Assembly: GCA_934149365.1 (NCBI GenBank)
Contig: CAKPEI010000002.1
Coordinates: 139,767-203,766 of the forward strand
Source: an uncultured Clostridia bacterium
GTDB lineage: Bacteria > Bacillota > Clostridia > TANB77 > CAG-465
Direction of reading: 5' to 3'
DNA: 64,000 nt
Shown here: positions 18,182-29,283 of the stretch, piece after piece
Layout of the letters: every line of letters begins with the position of its first letter
Numbering within the stretch: the first letter of the stretch is position 1
Position numbers and translations under genes: made by a program
The notes under the pieces: model-generated
Told to the model about the DNA's origin: nothing
Databases searched by the model: none
What the model saw: only the letters and a program-made list of their open reading frames with translations

Positions 18182-19786
18182 ATGAAAAAACAAAGAAAAG
18201 GAATATCACTAGTAGTACTTACAATAACAATAATAGTGTTAATAATACTAGCAGGAGTAACAATATTAACAATATCAAATGCAGACTTAATAAATAAATC
18301 GACTGAAACTGCATTTAGGTCAAATATATCAAATTATTTAGAAGAGTATAACGCATGGTTATCGATAGAAAAAATGAAACATAGAGGTAATTTAGAAATA
18401 TCAAAAATAAATGCATCAAATAAAGTTGCATATAACGGGAATTATATAACAGATATAATAAAAAATATAAAGAGTGAAGATATAGAAAAGTATGAAATAA
18501 TAGGTGGGAATTTAGTATATACAGGAACAGGAGAGAAAGATAATACTAAATTAGAAAATGAAACAAAATGGGCAAAAGAAGTAGGTTTGAAATCAGTAGA
18601 AAAAGCAAAAGGAGAAGAAGATACAATAGTATTTACCAATACCACAAGTGATAGTAGATATAACGATTTAAAAGTGTGTGGAAGCAGTGAAAATGGAGTA
18701 ACTGGTTTAAGTGAAATATCACTTACAGTAACACAAAACTTGATAGATAATGGCTTCGGAGAGTACAAAGATGGAACGAACTTTTCATCATATGTGGCTA
18801 ATATTCCAAGTGAAAAAGTAAAAGGTGGAATATCTTGCTTTTACACTGAAGAAACAGGAGGCTTTCACCAAAATTGTAGAATCAAAGACTATATTACAAT
18901 AGATAGAAATAAAAAGTATGAAATATCCATGTATGTAAAACCAAATGTTGTTGGTGAAAGGATATATTCAGGACTTATGGAATACGATGTGGATAAATTA
19001 TTAGTAAAGGCAGAACAAGTAATGTATATACCAGATACACTAACATATCTTACAGAAGATTTAAAAAATGGAGATACAGTAGTACATTTAGATGATGTAA
19101 GTAATTTTGTGAATAGTACTCAAACATATAAAATGGGCTTTATTTTTTGGAATTATAAAGATAGTACAGGGCATTTGTATGAACCATTGACGTACTCATT
19201 AAATACATGGAGTGATTTATATACAGCAGATAATGTAGATAAAACAAATAACACAATAATATTAAAAAGCGCATGGAATAAAGGGACTATTAAGGCAGGA
19301 ACAAAATTAAGTCAATGTGATAGCGGAAGTACTTTTAATTATTCACTTGATTTTAATATTAAGGAGTCAACAGACTGGGAATATAGGCATGAAACTATTT
19401 CTGGTGTGGGTTTTGGCCGTACTGTGTTTAGAGCTGCTACAAAATATGTTCAGTGGTTTATAATGCCAAATTATAACTATATAGAGGGCGGAGGAGCTAA
19501 GGTAGCAAATATAATCTTTGCAGAAAGTGATAAGTATAATAAGATATATACAATAGATATGACAGGACATGAACCATTAAGAACAATGGAAGATGGAACA
19601 AGTGATTATATAGATTTTAAGACAAAGAAGATAGTAAGAAATGTAGGAGTAAATAATGGAACAATGTATAAATTAAGTAGTGTAACATATGAAGATATAC
19701 TACTTCCAAATATTCCAATATATGAGAGGAATACCGCAATAACATTAAATCAAACAGGAAGGCTAGAAGGAACATACCTAAAATAA
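18182..19786 (+). CDS. prepilin-like N-terminus protein, paralog 1 (MKKQRKG|ISLVVLTITIIVLIILAG..., large variable C-terminal domain)
   Basis: Basic N-terminus, K-G, then a ~25-aa hydrophobic helix, as in type IV (pseudo)pilin or class III signal peptides, but without Glu+5. The N-terminal region is shared with the genes at 35486, 38954 and 60954. GGGAG ribosome-binding site. A 12-bp perfect hairpin lies 3' of the gene. Confidence 0.55.
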   Translation: MKKQRKGISLVVLTITIIVLIILAGVTILTISNADLINKSTETAFRSNISNYLEEYNAWLSIEKMKHRGNLEISKINASNKVAYNGNYITDIIKNIKSEDIEKYEIIGGNLVYTGTGEKDNTKLENETKWAKEVGLKSVEKAKGEEDTIVFTNTTSDSRYNDLKVCGSSENGVTGLSEISLTVTQNLIDNGFGEYKDGTNFSSYVANIPSEKVKGGISCFYTEETGGFHQNCRIKDYITIDRNKKYEISMYVKPNVVGERIYSGLMEYDVDKLLVKAEQVMYIPDTLTYLTEDLKNGDTVVHLDDVSNFVNSTQTYKMGFIFWNYKDSTGHLYEPLTYSLNTWSDLYTADNVDKTNNTIILKSAWNKGTIKAGTKLSQCDSGSTFNYSLDFNIKESTDWEYRHETISGVGFGRTVFRAATKYVQWFIMPNYNYIEGGGAKVANIIFAESDKYNKIYTIDMTGHEPLRTMEDGTSDYIDFKTKKIVRNVGVNNGTMYKLSSVTYEDILLPNIPIYERNTAITLNQTGRLEGTYLK

Positions 19787-19928
19787 TTTAGAGAGTCATG
19801 TAAGTAACATATAAAGTGTAACTTACATGACTATTTATACATTCTGAAATTTAATACTCTATTTAACATAAAGTATATATTTTTTGCTTATTTTATGTTA
19901 AAATATATTATACTTGTAAATAATATAT

Positions 19929-21533
19929 ATGGTGAGTGATATGGAAAAGAAATTTGTACATGAAGAAAGGTATAAAAAGGTTCCACGAACTACTAGAAGA
20001 AAAAGAGGAGTAAAAAGTTCTAGTGTAAAAACTAGTAGAAAAAATATACAAAAGAAAAAAGTATCTAACAAGAAAAAATATAAAGCGAAGACTGGTAAAT
20101 TTGTTAGATTTATTTTTTGCTTTATTTTACTTCTGATAGTAGCAGTTATTACAAGAGTTGTTACTCTTAAGGAAAATGAACCGTTTATACCAACTTTCAC
20201 AAATAGTGAAGTAAAAGAAAACACGACTAGTGTGAATTTAGCGATATATGATAATACTGAAATAGGTGTTAATAACTTGGTTATATCAGAACTAGAAAGA
20301 TATATTTATCCTATGTTACTTAGAATTAATTCAAATTATTCTATTAAATACGAAATTTTATCTAGTGTAAATAAAATAAATAGTAAAGAATATGAACTTG
20401 TATTAAACGAAGTGCCAGGTATAACAGCAATAGATATAAAAGACAGCTTGGATAAGATTATTAAGGAGAAAAGTAAGTATTACTACAAAGTGGAAAATGT
20501 TGATAAAATAGAGATAAAATCAAACAACACTTTAAAAATATCCTTAAAAAATTCAGATGATTATTTTGTATATAACCTAGATATTCCAATATATAAACAA
20601 AATGATAATTTTGGAATATATTCTATTGATAGCTCAAGTAGCAACACTAAATTGATTTTAAATAGAAAAAATACGGTTAATAAAGAATATATAAAGCAAA
20701 TAAATATAGTTAAATTATCGGGCGAAGAAGAGGCTATAGAAATGTATAAACAAGGCAAAATAGATGTGTTTTTTGCCAGCTCTAAAAACTCTATTAAAAT
20801 GCTAGGCAAATATGAATATGATATAAAGGCATATAATAGTGGCGAGGGAATATTTTTAATGTTTAACCCTTCATCTAATATAGTAAAAGAAAAATATGTA
20901 AGACAAATAATAGCATATAGTATAGATAGAGAAAAAATATTATCAGAAACTATTGATAATCAAGGAAAGATAATTGATTTGCCATATATTTTTGATGAAC
21001 AAAAATATAAATATGATGTGTATGCAGCAGATAATTTACTATTATCAAATGGGTACAAAAAGCAAAATCTTTATTACATTAAATCAGGAAATAAATTATC
21101 ATTAGAATTACTTGTAAACAAAGATGATGAAGGAAAAGTTAATGTGGCAAACAAAATAAAAAGTGATTTGCTAAAGGCTGGAGTAAATGTCAATGTGAAT
21201 AAATTAAGTGAAAAAGAAATGGATAAAAGGAAAAGTTTAGGTAACTATGATTTGATTTTGGCAAGTGTTTACACGAATGAAAGTCCAAACTGTTCATATT
21301 TGAATGGCAATATTATTACTTCTGATGAAATAAATGCTCAAATGTCCAAAATAAGTGAGGATGGCGTAGATAAACTTGAGGAAAATATACAGAAGTTAAA
21401 AACAACCATGTCTGATAATATTGCAATATATGGTATCTATTCAAAAAATAATTATGTTATATATAAAAAAGGACTAGAATTATTTAAAAATATAAACTAT
21501 ATGAATTTATTTAGTGATTATTTTAATTACTAA
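19929..21533 (+). CDS. membrane-anchored extracellular solute-binding-protein family 5-like protein with Lys/Arg-rich N-terminal tail
   Basis: About 60 aa of highly basic N-terminus (RTTRRKRGVKSSSVKTSRKNIQKKKVSNKKKYKAK), then a transmembrane helix, then a domain with the SBP_bac_5-like pattern (...YELVLNEVPGI..., KIEIKSNNTLKISLKN). An alternative ATG at 19941 follows a GGTGA site. Confidence 0.4.
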   Translation: MVSDMEKKFVHEERYKKVPRTTRRKRGVKSSSVKTSRKNIQKKKVSNKKKYKAKTGKFVRFIFCFILLLIVAVITRVVTLKENEPFIPTFTNSEVKENTTSVNLAIYDNTEIGVNNLVISELERYIYPMLLRINSNYSIKYEILSSVNKINSKEYELVLNEVPGITAIDIKDSLDKIIKEKSKYYYKVENVDKIEIKSNNTLKISLKNSDDYFVYNLDIPIYKQNDNFGIYSIDSSSSNTKLILNRKNTVNKEYIKQINIVKLSGEEEAIEMYKQGKIDVFFASSKNSIKMLGKYEYDIKAYNSGEGIFLMFNPSSNIVKEKYVRQIIAYSIDREKILSETIDNQGKIIDLPYIFDEQKYKYDVYAADNLLLSNGYKKQNLYYIKSGNKLSLELLVNKDDEGKVNVANKIKSDLLKAGVNVNVNKLSEKEMDKRKSLGNYDLILASVYTNESPNCSYLNGNIITSDEINAQMSKISEDGVDKLEENIQKLKTTMSDNIAIYGIYSKNNYVIYKKGLELFKNINYMNLFSDYFNY

Positions 21534-21551
21534 TAAAGTGGGGGAATTAAT

Positions 21552-21701
21552 GTGAAAAATGATATTTCTACAGATGAATTAAGCAAGTTGATAGATAATA
21601 TATTAGGTAATAAAAAGGCAGAAGATACTATTTATACTAATGAGTATGTTGATGAAAAAGCAGAAAACTTTATTAAATCTTTGAAAGATATGGTAAAGTA
21701 G
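21552..21701 (+). CDS. possible small protein (49 aa, VKNDISTDELSKLIDNILGNKKAEDTIYTNEYVDEKAENFIKSLKDMVK)
   Basis: GTG start after a GGGGGA site, immediately 3' of the preceding gene. Confidence 0.2.
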   Translation: MKNDISTDELSKLIDNILGNKKAEDTIYTNEYVDEKAENFIKSLKDMVK

Positions 21702-21821
21702 TAAATTATATCACTTGACATATAGTGTATAATATATATGTGCCTTATACTATGATATAATTTTCCTTAAGAATTATTTCTTGGTTTAAGGTGAATTGTT
21801 AATATTAAGGAGGATGTCAAA

Positions 21822-22085
21822 ATGACAAAAGAAAGAAAGACTGAAATAGTTAAAACTTACGCAAAAGGTGAAAATGATACTGGTTCAACAGCTGTTCAAG
21901 TAGCATTATTAACTGAAAGAATTAATGAATTAACAGAACATTTAAAAGTTCATAAAAAAGATGAACATTCAAGAAGAGGCCTTTTAAACATGGTTGGTAA
22001 GAGAAAAAGCTTACTTAGATATTTAGAAAACAAAAATATCGAAGAATACCGTGAATTAATTGCTAAACTTGGAATAAGAAAATAA
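21822..22085 (+). CDS. rpsO: 30S ribosomal protein S15
   Basis: 87 aa, ...[35 protein letters not shown]..., a canonical S15 sequence. Confidence 0.9.
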   Translation: MTKERKTEIVKTYAKGENDTGSTAVQVALLTERINELTEHLKVHKKDEHSRRGLLNMVGKRKSLLRYLENKNIEEYRELIAKLGIRK

Positions 22086-22246
22086 AACGTTCTTAAAAGT
22101 ATACTGAAATTAAACAGTTTGTTTGGTTTTGGTATATTTTTTTATATATAACAACTTATTCAAGAATGATTTAAACTAATCTGTTTGAATAAATGCAATT
22201 TATGATGTATAATGTAACCTATCGTATGAAAGGTAGAGTGTGATTA

Positions 22247-24202
22247 ATGGGCAAGCAAGTTATAATTGCGGAAAAACCAAGTGTTGCAAAAGAGTTTGCT
22301 AAAGTACTAAAAATAAATGCTAAAAATCAAAATGGGTATATGGAATCAGAAGATTATATAGTTACTTGGTGTGTAGGCCATTTAGTTACTATGAGTTATC
22401 CAGAAGTTTATGATGAAAAACTTAGATATTGGAATTTGAAAACGTTACCATTTATACCAGAAGAATTTAAATATGAAGTAATAAATTCAGTATCAAAGCA
22501 ATTTGATATTGTTAAGAGTATATTGACTCGTGAAGATGTTGACACTATATATGTTTGTACTGACTCAGGAAGAGAAGGAGAATACATATATAGATTAGTT
22601 GATGATATGGCAGGTAGGCCTAATAAGAATAAAAAAAGAGTATGGATAGATTCTCAAACTGAAGAGGCAATTCGTGAGGGAATTGAGAATGCTAAAGATT
22701 TATCTGCATATAATAGTTTGTCAGATGCAGCATATCTTAGAGCTAAAGAAGATTATTTAATTGGAATAAATTTTTCAAGGTTGCTTTCAATTATTTATGG
22801 AAAAGACCTTGCTAAGAAATTGTCACAAGATAGAGCAGTTATATCAATCGGTAGAGTTATGACATGCGTTTTAGGTATGATTGTCTCAAGAGAAAGAGAA
22901 ATAAGGAACTTTAAAAAAGTTAATTTCTATAAGTTACAGGGGCTTTTTGGAGAAGATGAAAATAATATAATCAATGCAGATTTTAAAGTATGTGAAAGTT
23001 CAAAAATTTTTGAAAGTCCTCTGTTATATAACGAAACTGGCTTTAAGAAAAAAGAAGATGCTGAAAGATTTATTAACTATTTAAAGCAAAATAATGAATA
23101 TGCGATTATAGAGGAAATTACAAAGAAGACACAAAAAGACAAACCACCTTTGTTATATAACTTGGCGGAAATACAAAATGAGTGCAGTAAAAAGTTTAAA
23201 ATAACTCCAGAGGAAACTCTTAATGTAATACAAGAGTTGTATGAGAAAAAATTAGTTACTTATCCAAGAACTGATGCAAGAGTTTTATCTACCGCTGTTG
23301 CAAAGGAAATTACCAAGAATTTAAATGGCCTTGCAATGTCAAATATAGATAGCGAAATAAAAGAATATATATCTAAAATGGCAAAAGAAAAGTATAGTAC
23401 GAATTTGATTAAAACTAAGTATGTTGATGATAAAAAAATAACTGACCATTATGCTATTATTCCAACAGGGCAAGGCTTTGAAAATTATACTAACCTTAAA
23501 GAATTGCAAAAAGACATATACCACCTTATAGTGAAAAGGTTTTTGAGTATATTTTATCCACCTGCAGAGTTTAATAAACTAGCAATTAAACTAAAGGTTG
23601 GCACAGAAGAATTTAATGTTAATGGAAAAGTATGCGTAAAACAAGGCTATTTAGAAGTATTAAAACAAGAAAAAACGAAAGCTCCAGGTAATGAAGAGGA
23701 AAAACTGGAAAATATGGAGCTTTTAAAGAATTTGAAAAAAGGTGAAAAACTTAGGATATCAGATATTGTGATTAAAGAAGGAGAAACAACACCACCTAAT
23801 AGATACTCTTCTGGCTCTATAATTCTTGCTATGGAAAATGCAGGTAAATTAATTGAGGACGAAGAGTTAAGGGAACAAATAAAAGGTAGCGGAATAGGTA
23901 CTAGTGCAACTCGTGCAGAAATTATAAACAAATTAACTAGAATAGAATATATAGCTATAAACAAAAAAACGCAGATACTTACTCCAACTAAAAAAGGTGA
24001 AGCTATATACGACATTGTAGCAAAGACAATGCCAGATATGTTAAATCCTAAACTTACTGCAAGTTGGGAAAAAGGACTGACTATGGTTGCTCAAAATGAA
24101 ATAAAAGCAGATGAGTTTATGAAGAAACTGGAAGATTATGTTAGTTTAAAAGTTGTGAAATTAAAAAAAGCATATAATAGTTATTACTATGGAATAAATT
24201 AG
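22247..24202 (+). CDS. topB: DNA topoisomerase III (type IA)
   Basis: Toprim N-terminus VIIAEKPSVAKE; active-site region TYPRTDARVLS with the catalytic Tyr. Confidence 0.8.
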   Translation: MGKQVIIAEKPSVAKEFAKVLKINAKNQNGYMESEDYIVTWCVGHLVTMSYPEVYDEKLRYWNLKTLPFIPEEFKYEVINSVSKQFDIVKSILTREDVDTIYVCTDSGREGEYIYRLVDDMAGRPNKNKKRVWIDSQTEEAIREGIENAKDLSAYNSLSDAAYLRAKEDYLIGINFSRLLSIIYGKDLAKKLSQDRAVISIGRVMTCVLGMIVSREREIRNFKKVNFYKLQGLFGEDENNIINADFKVCESSKIFESPLLYNETGFKKKEDAERFINYLKQNNEYAIIEEITKKTQKDKPPLLYNLAEIQNECSKKFKITPEETLNVIQELYEKKLVTYPRTDARVLSTAVAKEITKNLNGLAMSNIDSEIKEYISKMAKEKYSTNLIKTKYVDDKKITDHYAIIPTGQGFENYTNLKELQKDIYHLIVKRFLSIFYPPAEFNKLAIKLKVGTEEFNVNGKVCVKQGYLEVLKQEKTKAPGNEEEKLENMELLKNLKKGEKLRISDIVIKEGETTPPNRYSSGSIILAMENAGKLIEDEELREQIKGSGIGTSATRAEIINKLTRIEYIAINKKTQILTPTKKGEAIYDIVAKTMPDMLNPKLTASWEKGLTMVAQNEIKADEFMKKLEDYVSLKVVKLKKAYNSYYYGIN

Positions 24203-24278
24203 TATTGTAAATGGTTCTAAATTAAACTTCTTATAACTTTATTAGAAATGTAAAATAAGTAAAACACATAATGTTAAA

Positions 24279-24307
24279 TTGACATAAAACTATAGCCATG
24301 ATATAAT
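24279..24307 (+). promoter_or_regulatory. sigma-A-type promoter (TTGACA-N17-TATAAT) upstream of the 24360 gene
   Basis: Perfect consensus hexamers with a 17-nt spacer. Confidence 0.45.
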
Positions 24308-24359
24308 ATCTCAGGAAATTACTATATAAACCCAAAAATAATTTTAGGAGGTAGAGTAT

Positions 24360-24827
24360 ATGGAATTAAAATTAGGTGGAAACGTTAAGGACATTGTGGC
24401 TATGATGTATGTAGGTGCAGTATATGAAAAAATTCCTGATATCAGCTTGAAAGAAATTCATGAAAAGTTAATCTACGGCGGAGTTTCTGGAAATTCGGTA
24501 ATGTATTGGAAACAAGATGGAACAAATGTTAGCTTTTATTCACCCAAGAGACTTATAACAACTGGTTATGAAGCTATCATCAAAATGGTGAAAGAAAGTG
24601 CGTATATTGATGGCGGTTTGGCATTAAATGAAGAACTTTTTAGGAAATTCAGTCATAACTGTTTGGCAGTTATTTATTATATACTTGATAATAAATGTAC
24701 TTGTGCTCAATCTGGACTTTACATAGAAGATATATGTAAGGCTTTCACAAACGAAGAAGTGGCGCGTTATGCTCATGAATCTACTTATTCACACTGGAAG
24801 GAACTTATGAAAGCGATTCAATGTTAA
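24360..24827 (+). CDS. hypothetical protein (155 aa)
   Basis: ORF with a ribosome-binding site (AGGAGG), preceded by a consensus promoter. Confidence 0.4.
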   Translation: MELKLGGNVKDIVAMMYVGAVYEKIPDISLKEIHEKLIYGGVSGNSVMYWKQDGTNVSFYSPKRLITTGYEAIIKMVKESAYIDGGLALNEELFRKFSHNCLAVIYYILDNKCTCAQSGLYIEDICKAFTNEEVARYAHESTYSHWKELMKAIQC

Positions 24828-24954
24828 AGAGAAAAGCAGGTAATAAGTTATAGTAAATAAAATCAAATATATTAACAAATAGAAGTAAAAATATTGTTAC
24901 TTCTATTTGTTTATGTTAAAATCATTATATTAAAAAATATAAGGAGTCTTATGT

Positions 24955-27606
24955 ATGGAAAAAGATATTTATAATTTGAGTGTAGAAGAAGTAATTAAAA
25001 ACATGTCTAGTTCAAGTGAAGGATTGACTGACAATGAAGCTTCATTAAGATTGGAAAAAAATGGACCAAACAAGTTAAAAGAAGGCAAAAAGAAAACAAT
25101 GATAGGAAGATTTATAGATCAGTTCAAGAATATTATGATAATAATATTACTTGTAGCTTCTGTAGTTTCTGGTATTGTTGCTAAAATCGAAGGAGATTCA
25201 CTTACTGATGCAATTATTATTCTTGTTGTTGTGTTTCTTAATGCAATAATGGGAGTTATGCAAGAAAGCAAGGCAGAAAAGGCAATTGACTCTTTAAAGA
25301 CTATGTCTCTTCCTTTTATAAAGGTAAGAAGAAATGGTATTGTTAAGAGTATTAAAACAGAAGATCTTGTTGTAGGTGATATTGTTTTATTAGAAGCAGG
25401 AGATTTTGTTCCTGCTGATATGAGAATAACATTAAACAATTCTCTTAGAGTTGAGGAAGCTGCATTAACAGGGGAATCACTTCCTATTGATAAAAAGATT
25501 GATACTTTAGAAGGTGAGATTGCACTTGCAGATAGGAAAAATATGCTATATTCAGGTAGTTCTGTAGTTTATGGTAGAGGCGAAGGTATAGTTACAGCAA
25601 CTGGTATGGACACAGAACTTGGAAAAATTGCAACTATACTTACAGATTCTAAAGAAGAGCTTACTCCTCTTCAAAAGAAAATGAATGAAATAAGTAAAGC
25701 TCTAAGTATTATTGTTGTTATAATAGGGCTTCTTATGGTGATAGTGGGAGTTGCTAGAAATAATCCACTACTTGAAGTGTTCATGCTTGCTGTATCTTTG
25801 GCTGTTGCGGCAATACCAGAGGGGCTACCTGCAGCTATAACTATAATACTTTCAATAGGCGTACAAAAAATGGCTAAAGAAAATAGTATAGTTAGAAAGC
25901 TGTCATCTGTGGAAGCTTTGGGTTCAACTGAAGTTATTTGCTCAGATAAAACAGGTACACTTACTCAAAACAAAATGACTGTTAAAGAAATTTGCTTAGG
26001 AGTACAAACTAAGAAGTTAGAAGATATAGAGCTAGCAGAAGCTAAGTCAGAAGATATGGCTACTCTTATGCATGGAATGTTACTTTGTAATGATACAAAA
26101 TATGGCGAAAAGGAAGGTGAACTTTTAGGTGATCCTACTGAAACAGCATTAGTTGCTGCGGCGCATAAGTATGATATCGAAAAAAGTCGTTATGATATAA
26201 GGCATGAAAGAAAGGGTGAAATACCTTTTGATTCGGATAGAAAGATGATGTCAACCATAAATGAATACAAAGGTGCATTTAGAATGTATACTAAAGGCGC
26301 TATAGAATCTATACTTGCAAGATGTACACATGCTGTTATAGACGGAAAAATTGTTGATATGACAGATGATGTAAAAACTCAAATACTTGAGAAAAACAAT
26401 GAGATGTCTACAAAAGCATTAAGAGTTTTGGCATTTGCATATAAAGATTTAAAAGCGATACCTAATGATTTAGTAAGTGATAAAGTTGAAAAATCATTAA
26501 CTTATGTTGGACTTGTAGGAATGATAGATCCACCAAGACCAGAGGCAAAGGATGCTGTTACAAAATGCTTTGAAGCTGGAATGACACCTGTTATGATTAC
26601 AGGAGATAACAAAGAGACTGCAGTGGCAATAGCAACTGAACTTGGAATAATGAAAAAAGGTCTTCTTGCTATAACTGGTGCAGAATTAGATAAAATGTCT
26701 GACGAAGAGTTTGAAAAGAAGATTGACAAGATAAGAGTTTATGCTAGAGTTTCACCTGAGAATAAACTTAGAATAGTTAAAACATGGAAGAAACTTGGCA
26801 AAACTGTTGCAATGACAGGTGACGGAGTTAATGATGCACCGGCTCTAAAAAATGCTGATATAGGTGTAGGTATGGGAATAACTGGTACTGAAGTATCAAA
26901 AAGTGTATCTAGTATGGTTATCACAGATGATAATTTTGCAACAATTGTTGTGGCTATTAAAGAGGGAAGAAGAATATATAACAATATACAAAATGTTATA
27001 GCATATTTACTTGCTTCAAACCTTGCAGAGGTAATAATCATATTCTTTGGAACGCTATTTGGACATAATATAATGTTGCCACTTCAACTTTTATGGATAA
27101 ACCTAATAACAGATACAATTCCTGCTATAACGTTGGGCTTTGAAAAGGCTGAAAAAGGTGTTATGAAAGAAAAACCAAGAAGTGCAAAAGAGAAATTCTT
27201 TAATCCTTTCTTAACATGCAGAATAATAATACCTGCGATCGTAAAAAGTATATTAATACTTACAGTATTTATGATTACAGAAAAAACGTATGGACACGCA
27301 GAGGCTATGACTATGGCATTTATAATGTTATCGTTTATTGAACTTCTTTTTGCGTACACAATGCGCTCAGACAGAAGGCTCGTAACAAGTATAGGAATAT
27401 TTTCGAACAAACCAATGGTAATTGGTACAATTATCACTCTTGGATTGCAGTTTATAGTTATACTTGTGCCAGTGCTTGCAGATGTGTTTAAAGTAGCCAG
27501 ACTTGATAGTCATTTGTATTTAATTTGTTTATTATCTGCAATTGGTTTTGTAATTTTTGCTGAAGTAGTAAAAGTTACATTGGCTAAAATATTTCATAAA
27601 AATTAG
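24955..27606 (+). CDS. P-type Ca2+-transporting ATPase (PMCA/SERCA-like, type IIA)
   Basis: Phosphorylation site CSDKTGTLT, TGES, hinge TGDGVNDAPAL, ten predicted transmembrane helices. 883 aa. Confidence 0.85.
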   Translation: MEKDIYNLSVEEVIKNMSSSSEGLTDNEASLRLEKNGPNKLKEGKKKTMIGRFIDQFKNIMIIILLVASVVSGIVAKIEGDSLTDAIIILVVVFLNAIMGVMQESKAEKAIDSLKTMSLPFIKVRRNGIVKSIKTEDLVVGDIVLLEAGDFVPADMRITLNNSLRVEEAALTGESLPIDKKIDTLEGEIALADRKNMLYSGSSVVYGRGEGIVTATGMDTELGKIATILTDSKEELTPLQKKMNEISKALSIIVVIIGLLMVIVGVARNNPLLEVFMLAVSLAVAAIPEGLPAAITIILSIGVQKMAKENSIVRKLSSVEALGSTEVICSDKTGTLTQNKMTVKEICLGVQTKKLEDIELAEAKSEDMATLMHGMLLCNDTKYGEKEGELLGDPTETALVAAAHKYDIEKSRYDIRHERKGEIPFDSDRKMMSTINEYKGAFRMYTKGAIESILARCTHAVIDGKIVDMTDDVKTQILEKNNEMSTKALRVLAFAYKDLKAIPNDLVSDKVEKSLTYVGLVGMIDPPRPEAKDAVTKCFEAGMTPVMITGDNKETAVAIATELGIMKKGLLAITGAELDKMSDEEFEKKIDKIRVYARVSPENKLRIVKTWKKLGKTVAMTGDGVNDAPALKNADIGVGMGITGTEVSKSVSSMVITDDNFATIVVAIKEGRRIYNNIQNVIAYLLASNLAEVIIIFFGTLFGHNIMLPLQLLWINLITDTIPAITLGFEKAEKGVMKEKPRSAKEKFFNPFLTCRIIIPAIVKSILILTVFMITEKTYGHAEAMTMAFIMLSFIELLFAYTMRSDRRLVTSIGIFSNKPMVIGTIITLGLQFIVILVPVLADVFKVARLDSHLYLICLLSAIGFVIFAEVVKVTLAKIFHKN

Positions 27607-27676
27607 TAAAACATAAAGACATAAAAATCTCTTCTTTACAATATACATGTAGTATGTTGCAAAGGGGAGATTTTTT

Positions 27677-28153
27677 ATGAATAATATGATGGGAAATGGT
27701 CAAAACATATTTGCTCAAATAAGAAACTTTTTAGGGTTGAACAGAGGTATGCAAAATGGTTATGGTAATAGATGTATGACAAGAATTTTAAGCCAGGAAG
27801 ATGCATATATGCAGATTATATCTGGCACATGCAAAGTGCTTGATGTAAGATCAGAGAGCGAATACAAAGTTATGAGAATAAGAGGTGCAATTAATATCCC
27901 TATAAATATACTTGCATCAAATGTTCAAAATATATTACCAAATAAGTCTGAATGTATAATGGTGTATTGTGCAAGTGGGCCAAGAGCTGCGCAGGCAGTT
28001 CAAATAATGAAAAATATGGGATATATGAATATATGTATATGGGAAGGAGCAGGAATAAATAACTTTAAATACAAAGATGTGATAGAAAAATATACAGATT
28101 TAGATAAAAAGGAAACTTTAAATAATAGTGAAATTAATATACAAATGCAGTAA
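27677..28153 (+). CDS. rhodanese-domain sulfurtransferase with Gly/Asn/Met-rich N-terminal extension
   Basis: Rhodanese fold with active-site loop CASGPRA; C-terminal part KVLDVRSESEY... Confidence 0.6.
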   Translation: MNNMMGNGQNIFAQIRNFLGLNRGMQNGYGNRCMTRILSQEDAYMQIISGTCKVLDVRSESEYKVMRIRGAINIPINILASNVQNILPNKSECIMVYCASGPRAAQAVQIMKNMGYMNICIWEGAGINNFKYKDVIEKYTDLDKKETLNNSEINIQMQ

Positions 28154-28316
28154 ATAAGCAGTAAAACTGGCACAAATTGAATTTTGTAACATTTTTGTAA
28201 CAAAAAATGATATATTTTGATACAAAAATGTTATTCTTTTGTAGTTGTAATTGTTTCGCAAGATAGTATAATAGAAGTATAATAAAATATATGTAATTTA
28301 CAAATGAGGTGTTTAT

Positions 28317-29156
28317 ATGAAAGATTTTTTTAAGAACGAATGGAAATTGTTTTTACAAGATATGGAATCAATAGGAAATGCGGTGCTTAGTTTCTTCTCA
28401 AGAAAAGAAGAACCACTTATGATAGCAGCAGCACCAGAAGTTCCAGTAGAACCAGAAATACAGGAATATGTTCCTGATGAGGTTGATTACAAAGTTGAAA
28501 CATATTTTGGTGAGAATATAGGTGAATTAGAACAAAGTATGTGTGGAGATAAAACACAACATGAAGTTTTAAGAGAATATGCACAATTCTTCAAACCTTA
28601 TGGCGAGAATGCAGAAATGTGCCAAACAGCATTTAAAAAATATTATGATAGACATGCTTTAAAAATGGCTGTTAATGAATTCCCTGTTGAACAAGCAAGA
28701 ATAATTCAAAACAATGTTGATTTATTTATTCAAGGACAAGAGGTGTTCGGTGAAAATGGACAATTTATAGATTCAAGAGTAGATACAATATTTGAAAAAG
28801 TAGGTATGGATAAAGTTTCAAAAATGGTAAACATCTTAGGTGAAGCTGATGAAAACGGTGTAAACTATCAAGGTGAAAGAACTTTCGCTGAAGCTATATG
28901 CCATATGGTTGATAATGGAATAAAGGTTGATAAAGACGGAGATTTAGTAAACCCAGTAAGAAAAGCTTTAGAAGAGAAATTAAATGAAGTACATGCTTCT
29001 TTAAGAAGTCATGAAGATTGGAATGATGATTACCAAGCATTACTTTCTCAAGAAAGAAAATATTTATATGCTTTAAATAGAATTGAACAATATGAAACTG
29101 AAGAAAGAATAGCAGAGTTCGAAAACAAATTAAACGAACTTGATGTTGTAGTCTAA
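28317..29156 (+). CDS. hypothetical protein (279 aa, acidic)
   Basis: ORF followed by a terminator hairpin GGAATAGCAG...CTGCTATTCC + TTTTTT at 29178-29213. Confidence 0.4.
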   Translation: MKDFFKNEWKLFLQDMESIGNAVLSFFSRKEEPLMIAAAPEVPVEPEIQEYVPDEVDYKVETYFGENIGELEQSMCGDKTQHEVLREYAQFFKPYGENAEMCQTAFKKYYDRHALKMAVNEFPVEQARIIQNNVDLFIQGQEVFGENGQFIDSRVDTIFEKVGMDKVSKMVNILGEADENGVNYQGERTFAEAICHMVDNGIKVDKDGDLVNPVRKALEEKLNEVHASLRSHEDWNDDYQALLSQERKYLYALNRIEQYETEERIAEFENKLNELDVVV

Positions 29157-29177
29157 TAGGCGATATATAAGAGGTGC

Positions 29178-29213
29178 GGAATAGCAGGATATATAACTGC
29201 TATTCCATTTTTT
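29178..29213 (+). terminator. rho-independent terminator
   Basis: 10-bp stem plus T6. Confidence 0.6.
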
Positions 29214-29283
29214 ATGTTTTTGTGATATAATTACTTTTGCTAGGAATTAAGTCTCGTTAAATAATTTTAGGGAGGTAGTATAA

